From Squalus acanthias (Eukaryota), in assembly GCA_030390025.1 (NCBI GenBank), contig CM059431.1, positions 135,286,001 through 135,350,000 on the forward strand: 64,000 nt of DNA, in the 5' to 3' direction. Below the pieces are notes generated by a model. That model saw only the letters and a list, made by a program, of their open reading frames with translations, ran no database searches and was not told the DNA's origin. Position numbers and translations under genes: made by a program. Below are positions 1 through 10,267 of the stretch, piece by piece (positions within the stretch are counted from its first letter, which is position 1; each line of letters opens with the position of its first letter).

Positions 1-942
1 GGCAGGTATCCCATATGCCTTTTTAACCACCTTATCTACCTGTCCTGCTGCCTTCAGGGATCTATGTACATGCACGCCAAGGTCCCTCTGATCCTCTGTC
101 CTTCCTAGGGTCCTACCATTCATTGTATATTCCCTTGCCTTGTTAGTCCTCCCAAAATGCATCACCTCTCATTTTTCAGGGTTAAATTCCATTTGCCACG
201 TTTCTGCCCATCTAACCAACCTGTCTATATCGTCCTGTAGCCTGAGGCTTCCCTCCTCGCTATTTACCAACCCACCAATTTTCGTGTCATCTGCGAACTT
301 ACTGATCATACCTCCTACATTCATATCTAAATCATTAATGTACACTACAAACAGCAAAGGACCCAGCAGCGATCCCTGCGGTACACCACTGGACACAGGC
401 TTCCAGTCACAAAAACAACCTTTGACCATCACCCTCTGCCTCCTGCCACTAAGCCAATTTTGGATCCAATGTGCCAAGTTGCCCTGGATCCCATGGGCTT
501 TTACCTTCGTGACCAGTCTCCCATGCGGGACTTTGTCAAAAGCCTTACTGATGTCCATGTAGACCACATCAACTGCACTACCCTCATCCACACACCTAGT
601 CACCCCCTCGAAAAATTCAATCAAATTGGTCAGACATGATCTCCCCCTGACAAAGCCATGCTGACTATCCTTGATTAATCCTTGCCTCTCCAAGTGGAGA
701 CTAATTCTGTCCCTCAGCATTTTTTCCAATAATTTCCCTGCCACTGATGTTAGGCTCACTGGCCTGTAATTCCCTGGTTTATTCCTGCTACCCTTCTTGA
801 ATAATGGTACTACGTTAGCTGTTCTCCAGTCCTCTGGCACCTCCCCTGTGGTCATGATGCGGAGATGCCGGTGTTGGACTGGGGTGGACAAAATTGAGAG
901 GTCGCACAACACCAGGTTATAGTCCAACAGTTTTATTTGAAA

Positions 943-984
943 TCACAAGCTTTCGGAGCTATCGATTGCTCCTTCCTCAGGTGA
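943..984 (-). ncRNA. Minimal type I hammerhead ribozyme (mirror copy)
   Basis: Reverse complement of 1725-1766. Confidence 0.85.
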
Positions 985-1724
985 AGTAAATTAGATACAG
1001 AATCGCCAAAGCATATATAGATAGAGAACAAAGCATGTGTACCTTACAATTGCAGACCACTAAATTAAATCATCCTGACTATCTGCCGAGGTGTGATAAA
1101 GTTAATCAAGTCAGCCAGGAAGGTACCACATCAAAGACATAGCAAGATACAACTGAGACAATGAGGTGTAGTCGCAGGGGTTCTAACGTGTCAAAAGCTG
1201 CCGTCTGTATGTAAAACGAAAAGCTTTAAAATTTTTACTTTTTTACTGGGAAAATTTTTACTTTTTTACTGGGAATCACATCTGTGAACAAGCCAGCGAC
1301 GACTCGAGTCCGGATCACGTCATGTATCGTGACATAAACCCAAGATCCCGGTTGAGACCGGGATCTTGGGTTTATGTCACGATACATGACGTGATCCGGA
1401 CTCGAGTCGTCGCTGGCTTGTTCACAGATGTGATTCCCAGTAAAAAAGTAAAAATTTTCCCAGTAAAAAAGTAAAAATTTTAAAGCTTTTCGTTTTACAT
1501 ACAGACGGCAGCTTTTGACACGTTAGAACCCCTGCGACTACACCTCATTGTCTCAGTTGTATCTTGCTATGTCTTTGATGTGGTACCTTCCTGGCTGACT
1601 TGATTAACTTTATCACACCTCGGCAGATAGTCAGGATGATTTAATTTAGTGGTCTGCAATTGTAAGGTACACATGCTTTGTTCTCTATCTATATATGCTT
1701 TGGCGATTCTGTATCTAATTTACT

Positions 1725-1766
1725 TCACCTGAGGAAGGAGCAATCGATAGCTCCGAAAGCTTGTGA
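1725..1766 (+). ncRNA. Minimal type I hammerhead ribozyme (PLE-associated)
   Basis: tcac-CTGAGGA-a-ggagc-aatcgata-gctcc-GAAA-gctt-gtga: helix I tcac/gtga, helix II ggagc/gctcc, palindromic AAGCTT in place of helix III. Confidence 0.85.
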
Positions 1767-3341
1767 TTTCAAATAAAACTGTTGGACTATAACCTGGTGT
1801 TGTGCGACCTCTCAATTTTGACCTCCCCTGTGGCCAGAGAGGTTCTGAAAATTTGTGTCAGAGCCCCTGCAATCTCCTCCCTTGCCTCACACAGCAGCCT
1901 GGGATACATCTCATCTGGGCCTGGGGATTTATCCACTTTTAAGCCTGCTAAAACCGCTAGTACCTCCTCCCTCTCAATACTAATTTGTTCAAGTATATCA
2001 GAATCCCCCTGCCTGATTTCTATGCCTGCATCGTCCTTCTCCATAGTGAACACAGATGCAAAATATTCATTTAAAACCCCACCTACATCTTCTGGCTCCA
2101 CACACAGATTGCCACTTTGGTCCCTAATGGGCCCTACTCTTTCCCTGGTTATCCTCTTGCCCTTAATATACTTATAAAACACCTTGGGATTTCCCTTTAT
2201 TTTGCCTGCCAGAGTTATTTCATGCCCCCTCTTCGCTCTCCTAATTTCTTTTTTAAGTACCCCCCTGCACTTTCTATACTCCTCTGGGGCTTCCACTGTT
2301 TTTAGTCCTATGTATCTGCCAAAAGCCTCCCTTTTTTTCCTAATCCATTCTCGTATATCCCTTGACATCCAGGGTTCCCTCGGCTTGTTGGTCCCACCCT
2401 TGACCTTTACGGGAACATGTTGCCGTTGTACTCTCTCTATTTCCTTTCTGAAAGACTCCCACTGCTCTGATGTGGATTTTCCTACAAGTAGCTGATCCCA
2501 GTCCACTTTGGCCAGATCCTGCCTTATCATATTAAAATCGGCCTTCCCCCAATTTAGAACCTTTATCTCCGGTCCATCTTTGTCCTTTTCCATGACTACC
2601 TTAAATCTCACCTGAATTATGGTCACTGTCACCAAAATGCTCTCCTACTAACACTTCTACCACTTGCCCAGGCTACATTCCCTAGAATTAGGTCCAGTAC
2701 CGCCCCCTCTCTTGTAGGACTTTCTACATGCTGGCTCAAAAAGCTCTCCTGGATGCACTTTAAGAATTCCGCACCTTCTAAGCCTTTCACACTCTGACTA
2801 TCCCAGTTACTATTGGGGAAGTTGAAATCCCGTACTATTATTACCCTATTATTTCTACACTTCTCTGAGATTTGCCTACATATCTGTTCCTCTATCTCCC
2901 CCTGACTGTTTGGGGGCCTATAGTTTTTAAGTTCTACCCATATGGCCTCATTAGAGGAACCTGCTAAGATATCATCCCTCCTTACAGCAGTAATTGACTT
3001 TTTGATTAATATTGCGACACTCTCTTTTACACCCCCCTCTGTCTCGCCTGAAGATTCTATACCCCGGAATATTGAGCTGCCAGTCCTGCCCCTCCCTCAA
3101 CCATGTCTCTGTGATAGCAACAATATCATACTCCCATGTGTTCATCAACACCTTCCATTCATCTGCCTTACTCGCAAGACTCCTTGCATTAAAATAAATG
3201 CCATCCAGCCTTGCCATACTCCTTTGTGCCGTTACATATTTGCTCTGCCTTCCAGGCTGACTTGTTTTTTCCTCTATATTTGGCTGTGCATCACCCCCTA
3301 CTATAGCTCCACTCCGTATCCCATCCCCCTGCCAAGTTAGT

Positions 3342-4285
3342 TTAAACCCCCCCAACAGTACTAGCAAACCTCCCCGCAAGGATGTTGGTCCCATTCCGGT
3401 TCAGGTGCAACCCATCCAACTTGTACAGGTCCCACCTTCCCCAGAAACAGACCCAGTGATCCAGGAAACTAAAGCCCTCCCTCCTGCACGAACTCTTTAG
3501 CCACGCATTCATCTGCTCTATCCTCCTATTCCTATAGTCACTAGCACGTGGCACCGGGAGTAATCCAGAGATTACAACCTTTGAGGTCCTGCTTTTTAAT
3601 CTGCTACCTTGCTCCCTAAATTCTTGTTGCAGGACCTCATCCCTCTTTCTACCCATGTCGTTGGTACCAATGTGAACCACGACCTCTGACTGTTCGCCCT
3701 CCCCCTTCAGAATGCCCTGCAGCCGTTCAGTGACATCCTTGACCCTGGCACCAGGGAGGCAACATACCATCCTGGAGTCACGTCTGCGGCCACAGAAACG
3801 TCTATCTGTTCCCCTTACGATAGAATCCCCTATCACTATTGCTCTCCCACTCTTTTTCCTCCCCTCCTGTGCAGCTGAGCCAGTCGTAGTGCCATGGACT
3901 TGGCTCTTGCTGCATTCCCCTGAGAAACCATCTCCCCATCAGTATCCAAAACGGAAAATCTGTTGGAGAGGGAGATGGACCCAGGGGACTCCTGCACTAC
4001 CTTGCTAGTTCTTTTACTCTGTCTGGTGGTCACCCATTCCCTGTCTGCCTGTGCACTCTTTACCTGCGGTGTGACCACCTCGTTAAACGTGCTATCCACG
4101 AAGATCTCAGCTTCGCGGATGCCCCACAGTGACTCTAGCTGCAGCTCCAGCTCTGAAACGCGGATTTCGAGTAGCTGCAGCTGGAGACACTTGCTGCACA
4201 TGTGTTCGCCCTGGACACCTAAAGTGTCCCTGACTTCCAACATAGCACAGGAGGAGCACTCCACGTTGCCGAGCTGCCCTGCCAT
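3342..4285 (-). pseudogene. CR1 ORF1 (zinc finger/leucine zipper plus SGNH esterase), frameshifted
   Basis: Split between track ORFs 3836-4285 and 3342-3836; GDS and DGLH esterase motifs. Confidence 0.9.
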
Positions 4286-4574
4286 GTCCTACCCTGAATT
4301 TACTCCCTTTAAATTAAAGAATATTAAAAACACTAGGGACCTTACTTCCCTTTAAATACTACTTACTCCAAACTAGAGACCTTACTTTTACTTTAATGAC
4401 TAGAATGTAGAAATACTGTAGAAATACTCACCGCTGGTTCTCTGTCCCCTCTTCTGCAGCTTTTTAGCTCCTGCTCTCCTGGAAGCTGACAAAGATGGAA
4501 AAAGAAAGGAACACCACCCTTCCCTCCCCTCACTCCCTCACTCACCAAACTCACAGTTTAACACTCTGTTCCGA

Positions 4575-5570
4575 TCTGCACTTTTGCTGAATTCTAAAAT
4601 CCTCCCAATCCTCAGGCTTACTAATCTTTTTGGCAACATTACAAGCCTCTTCCTTTAATCTAAAACTATCTTTAACTTCTCTTGTTAGCCACAGTTGGAC
4701 CATTTTTCCCATGTAGATTTTATTCCTTGAGGGAATGTATATTTGTTGCGAATTATGATTTTTAAAAACAATTTGCCATTGCTTACCTACCATCATATCT
4801 TTTAATCTAGTTTCCCAACCTACCTTAGCCAACTCACCTCTCATACCTACATAGTTTGCTTTGTTCAGATTTAAGACCCTATTTTCAGATTTAATGAAAT
4901 CACTCTCAAACTCCACATAAAATTCTAACATATTATGATCACTGCTCCTCAGAGGCTCCTTTACTACAAGGTTATTAATTAACCCTGTCTCATTGCACAA
5001 TACTAGATCTAAAATAGCCTGTTCCCTAGTTCGTTCCTCGACATACTGGTCTGAAAAACTATCTTGAATACATTCCATGAACTCATCCTCTGCACTATTA
5101 CTGCAAATTTGGTTTGTTCTATATGAAATTTAAAGTCCCCCATGATTACTCTATTACCCTTGATACATGTACCTCTAATTTCCTGATTTATACTGTGCCT
5201 GATACTACAGCTATTGTTATGGGCCTAAAAACTAGTCCCACCAGTGTTTTCTACCCCTTGTTGTTTCTTAGCTCCACCCAAAAGTGATTCTACATTTTGT
5301 TTTTTTCCGAGCTAAGATCCTTTCTCTCTATTGTCTTTATCCAGTCCTTTATTATCAGGGCTAACCCTCTCCTTTTCCGTTCTGCCTATCTCTCTTAAAA
5401 GTCAAGTATCCTGGAATATTTAGTTCCCAACCGTGGTCACTTTGCAACCACGTCTCTAAAATGGCTATTAGATCAAATATCTATGCTATTTCTATCTCTG
5501 TTATTAATTCATCTATTTTGTTGCGAATGCTTCGTGCATTCAGACATAGGTACAAACAAACTATTAAAAA
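4575..5570 (-). mobile_element. CR1 ORF2 fragment (endonuclease region), decayed
   Basis: Track ORF 4551-5078: QYVEERTREQAILDLVLCNE...SDHN. Confidence 0.85.
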
Positions 5571-5616
5571 GAATGAAGTTGAGGACTAATGTCAGGAAGC
5601 ACACCTTCACACACTG

Positions 5617-5900
5617 GGGTCTATTCTGACTTGTGGGCGACTGACCGGCAGAATGCACTGGCCAGCCGGACATTCCAGCTGTGAAGATGCTCATTTAAAT
5701 CTGGCAGACAAGCTGCCGGGTGTCCAACATGCATTCCGGTGAGGCTTCAAAATCAGGTCAGGGCAGCCGCCAGCAAGGTAACTTGTGGGGCGCCGGTGGT
5801 CATGATTAGGGGTCCATCGCGGACGGATGGGGTACGGGGGCAGCAATGGTTCAGGTTTTTTTTGTGGGCCCTGGAGGAGCACTCCTGGTTTCCAAACAAT
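5617..5900. mobile_element. Partial GC-rich MITE-like end
   Basis: Begins ggggtctattctgac, resembling other Harbinger-type TIRs in the window; no partner TIR found. Confidence 0.35.
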
Positions 5901-6100
5901 AAGACAAATGAAATATATGATGAGCAAACAGTTAATCTCACTTTGACACAAAGTGAAGTAATAAATAATACCTCCTCCAGAGAAATGTTTTTGCTCTTGT
6001 TGGTGGTGAAGTCAAAACAACGGCTCTATGTCTGTCCTTGGACTTTATATAAATGTACTGCAATAAAAATAACAAGGTGGGGCAAAAATACAACTTCAGT

Positions 6101-6843
6101 GGGCCGAAAATTGATCCCGGGACGCGAGAGTACGCACTGCGTACTCTCGCGTATTCCCACTCCAATTGCCGGTTTTCTGCATGCCCTGCGCATGCGCTGA
6201 AAACCGGCAATTGCTCTTCTGAAAAGGGGGCGGGGCCTGGGTGCATCGCGTGCGCGCTACAGGCTGCGCGCACGCTGTGCACTTCATGCTTTGGACGCGC
6301 AGGTAAGTAGGGAAGATTTTGGAAATGTAAAAAGGAGGAGTAAGACCCGCTTTTAAGAAGGTAAGTAGTGAATTAAGTATTTTTTTGAATTTTTTTTTAC
6401 AGGTATATCTTTTTTAGAGACTTTAAAGACAGGTAAGTTTATTTTAATAACTTTTTAAAAGATTTTAAATTTTTTCAAAAATTTAATTTTTTATTTAAAA
6501 TGGTTAATTTAATTAACTATACTTATTTTATTAATGTGATGGTTTTTTTTTTATTTAATTGAGGTTTAGCTGTTATTTTGGGGGGGGTGTAAGATTCATA
6601 GATTTCACAGCCATGCTGTGAGACTTATGAATGGAAGATGGTGTGCTGCCATTGGCTCTAACTGAGTCACGTGATCCCACAGCTCGCACGAATTCACTAC
6701 GCCGCTGGGATACGCAAGCCCAGCACAGCTGATGTCTGGAACATCAATTTCGTGCGAGCTGGATCAGAAAAAGCACAAGCGAGGTGAGACATCGCGGGGA
6801 AGGCTTACCCCCGCGGGAACAGAGCGAGATCAATTTCTGGGCC
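6101..6843 (+). mobile_element. PIF/Harbinger-type MITE, family A
   Basis: TIRs gggccgaaaattgatc / gatcaatttctgggcc; 3-bp TSD agt; closely similar reverse-oriented copies at 31392-32118 and 53392-54135. Confidence 0.9.
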
Positions 6844-7691
6844 AGTATCTCAAAACATCTGTGTTGGGCTTGTGCTGGAGACCATCCTAACATCATTTAA
6901 AGCTGTTGGAGACAGACGTGCTGAACAATTTTAAAATTTAAATAATGCAGGGAGCATTAAGAGTATTTTTATAAGTTGAGTAAAAGCTACGCAAGAGTTG
7001 CGGATATTCACAAATGAAATATCTTGTATAAAATCATACCACATCAGCATTTGAATGGCTCTTATATTCTGCTTATGCATTACCTTTTTTGTGACAGATT
7101 TATTTCTGTAAACTGCAGTGGTCACCGACCAAGGTCACTCTTTTGCCTCCAAAGAACTGAACCCATGCAGTCTAATGGGATGTTTACAGCCTGGGTCACG
7201 TCCCAGGCTTCCAGTATAAATAATGCATCCTATTTTTCCGACAGTAGACTTCATACTTAATGGAGTGTAATGATGTGCTTTCAAGGGCACAACGTGAATA
7301 GGCCTTTTGAAATGAAAAGAAGATAAAAGCTTGTATGTTTTTGGCCCTGTTACCAGTTGTGTAGCATGAACCTATGTCAGAAAGATGATGTAATATATCA
7401 CAATTCTCTGTCATTTAGGGGTTAGGGCAGACTGCAGAACTGAAGGGAAAACACAGAGTGACAGAACTTTTTAATCTGAAGAAGCAAAACAATCTAACTA
7501 GTTAGAAAGGATGGTCTACATTAGCATCTTGGATTTTTTTAACTGAGAAAGACCAGTGGACCAGTTGGATATCACTTGAATTGATATATTAAAAATAGCA
7601 TAACTGCATTGCAAGATTATAGACCTCTTGGAGCTTCCATGTCCACGTATACCAGAAATGGATGACACCATATTCTATGTTGCATCTCATT

Positions 7692-8446
7692 GGCCCATAA
7701 TTGGCAGTCAAAATAACAGTGAGGCTAATGGCACTCGCCGTTATTTATGCACAGATGCTACAGCAACTTCGGGTAGGGGCAGATGTGTGGGTAAATGCGG
7801 AAATCCAAAAGTTGCTTCACGCAAACGGCACCTTGGTGTCTGCTTCACCATTGAAATGCGTTGAACGACGCGACGTTCTTATATTTGCATGGTAGATATG
7901 AACTGAACTCGCCTTAGAAAGTTAAGTCTTGTCCATTTCAGTCTAAGTACCCTTTTAATGATGTGATAAGTGTTAATTACTGCCAGTCAACCTCTCTGGC
8001 ACTGAAAATTTACTATTACATGTGTGGAATTTCATTCCTTCAGGTTTTAATTATTGTCGGAGATTTAAAAAATGTCAATTTTTAAATTTTTTAAATTTTC
8101 CTTTCTGTCTCTTTTTTCTTTCTCTCTTAATCCAATCTTTCTTTGCCTCTCTTTATTTCTCTTTCTGTACGTGATCTGGCATCGAATTCACCCACTCTAA
8201 TTTATACTTCCTTCTCAGTCCTTGCATAGTTAATTTCACAACCCTTCAATCTGATTAGTTAAGGAGATATGCAGTTGCTTACCCTGTTCGCTCATGTCCC
8301 AGATGCCCTGTTTCCATCGCCACGCCATTATCAGATCGCACTTTCAGCAACTTGCCACGCAAAAAAATTAAAAACCTAAACGTGAAAGGGCAAGTCAAAC
8401 TAATGACAAATGCCGTTAAATGCCCTGCCGCAGCAAATTATAGGCC
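7692..8446. mobile_element. Harbinger-type MITE, older
   Basis: Imperfect TIRs ggcccataattggc / gcaaattataggcc; flanks att and aat. Confidence 0.65.
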
Positions 8447-8714
8447 AATAACAGATTTGCTAAAGGTCGCGTTTATTTTCAACACCAGATCTCTGATTGG
8501 TCAACTTGAAGGCAACACCTGATTTCTGATTGGTCCCCTCAGAGGACAAGACACACCCAACAGTTTATCTGGAATGTATAATTGCCCTAAGTAATCAATT
8601 AGTTTACAAAGTGTAATTTGAGCCATCCTGACTGCCTTGCTCCAAACAGAACAGTGCTCACGTAGAACAGATAGGGCTCACCCTTGCGGGTTAAGACCTT
8701 CTCCTACCCCCCAA

Positions 8715-9050
8715 ACAAGTTCCTGCCCCCCCCAACAAGTTCCTAACCTTCCTTACACCCCCATGCTTCTGACCTTTTCACTCCCTAACAAGTTCCTGAC
8801 CTCCCCCTGTCCAAGTTCCTGACCTTCTCCCCTGCCCAAGTTCTTGACCTTCTCTCCCCGCCCAAATTCCTGACCTCACCCTGCCCAAGTTCCTCCCCCT
8901 ACAAGTTCCTGACCTACTCCCCCTGCCCAAGTTCCTGACCTTCTTCCCCCCACCCAAGGTTCTTGACCTTCTCCCCCTGCCCAAGTTCCTCCCCACCCCC
9001 CAGATTCCTGACCTTCTCGTCCCCAACACGTTCCTAATCTTCCCCCCCAC
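8715..9050. repeat. Degenerate minisatellite, about 25-bp unit (ccaagttcctgaccttctcccctgc)
   Basis: Unit repeated many times with variation. Confidence 0.85.
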
Positions 9051-9469
9051 CCTCCATAGATGGGGCATTGTGTGTGGGTCATGGATTGTTAACAGGTTTA
9101 TTGGGTATGAAGTGAATAGTGACAGTGTCATGACTTTCGGATTTCGTCCATTCCAATTATGTCACTTGCCACACATGAACTGAGCTTTCCGAGAATCAAC
9201 CAGGTCTAGGGGGAGGAGAGGGAGAATGTGATGCAGGTGGAAAGAGGTGGGGTAGGACGAAAGTGATCCATCTTACCATCTGGATCACGTTCTCGCTCTC
9301 ACCCCCACCTTTAGACCATGATCACGTTCTTCCTCCATCCCCACTGTGCACTCCATGCTCTTTACCACCCACCCGCCCCCCCCCCCTGAGTTCCTGACCT
9401 CCTCTCCCCGAGTTCCTGAGCTCCTCTCCCCTCCCCTCTGGTCCTCTTCCCCCTCCTCTAGCACTTCCT

Positions 9470-10075
9470 CTCTCTCTCCCCCCCTGAACCTTTCCCCCAC
9501 CCCTCCGATTCTCTCTTTTACCCCTCAGATCCGCTCTCTCCCCCCCGCCGATTCCCTCTCGCTCTCCCCCCTCCGATTCCCTCTCTTTCCCACTCTCTCC
9601 CCTCCCCTCTGATCCTCTCTCCCCCTCCTCTCTCTCCTCCTCTCTCTCCCCCTCTGATCCTCTCTCTCACCCTCCTATTCCCTCTTTCTCCCCCCTCCAA
9701 TTCCCTCTCTTCCCCCCTCTGATTCCCTCTCTCTCCCCCTCTGATTCCCTCTCTCTCCCCCCTCTGATTCCCTCTCTCCCACCTCCTATTCCCTCTCTCT
9801 CCCCCCTCCAATTCCTGGTCTCTCTCCCTTTTCGATCCTTTCTCCCCCCTTCGATTCCCTCTCTCTCCCCCCTCCGATTTCCTCTCTCTCCCCCCTCTGA
9901 ATCCCTCTCTCTACCCCCTCCGATTCCCTCTATCTCTCCCCTCCGATTCCCTCTCTCTCTCCCCCTCTGATTCCCTCTCTCCCCCCTCCGATTCCCTCTC
10001 CCTCTCCCCCTCCGATTCCCTCTCTCCCCCCCCTCCGATTCCTGGTCTCTCTACCCTTTCGATCCTTTCTACCCC
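9470..10075. repeat. Pyrimidine-rich minisatellite (ccccctccgattccctctctct)n
   Basis: Units of about 20-24 bp, directly visible. Confidence 0.9.
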
Positions 10076-10267
10076 CGCACCCGTCCCTGTCCAGCACGGA
10101 TCCAGTGATGGGCCTTCTCCCACGGAGCTGAGGAAAGTGTGCCCTACTGCAGACCACAACTGTTGGGTACTGTGTATGCATGGCCTCGGTAAACAGAGCA
10201 CATGCGCAAAAGGGGATCAGGTGCACATGGGCGGCTCCGGGATTCCGCGCACATACATAGAAACGTT

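Larger units (their letters stand above)
852..1820 (-). mobile_element. Penelope-like element, 5'-truncated, fold-back (inverted pLTR) structure
   Basis: 13-bp TSD acctcccctgtgg at 839-851 and 1821-1833. Inverted arms 889-1352 and 1357-1820, with an unpaired 37-nt tail at 852-888. Minus strand at the hairpin tip translates GLNRDLGFMSRYMT*, resembling a PLE GIY-YIG C-terminus. Hammerhead motif in each arm. Confidence 0.9.
1..4550 (-). mobile_element. CR1 LINE with ORF1 and ORF2, running off the window at its 3' side and interrupted by a Penelope insertion at 852-1820
   Basis: Minus-strand ORF pieces: CxxC...CxxC plus leucine heptads (3836-4285), SGNH esterase IGDSIVRG...GTND...DGLH (3342-3836), APE endonuclease YFNARSL...ITETW (2972-3394), RT NYRPVSLTS/QHGF/GVPQGS/KFADD (169-850). 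Confidence 0.95.

Noticed and set aside
8715..10075. CRISPR-like array
   Set aside because: No unique spacers, degenerate units, vertebrate context.
8778..10226. G/E/R-rich ORFs
   Set aside because: Translations of minisatellites.
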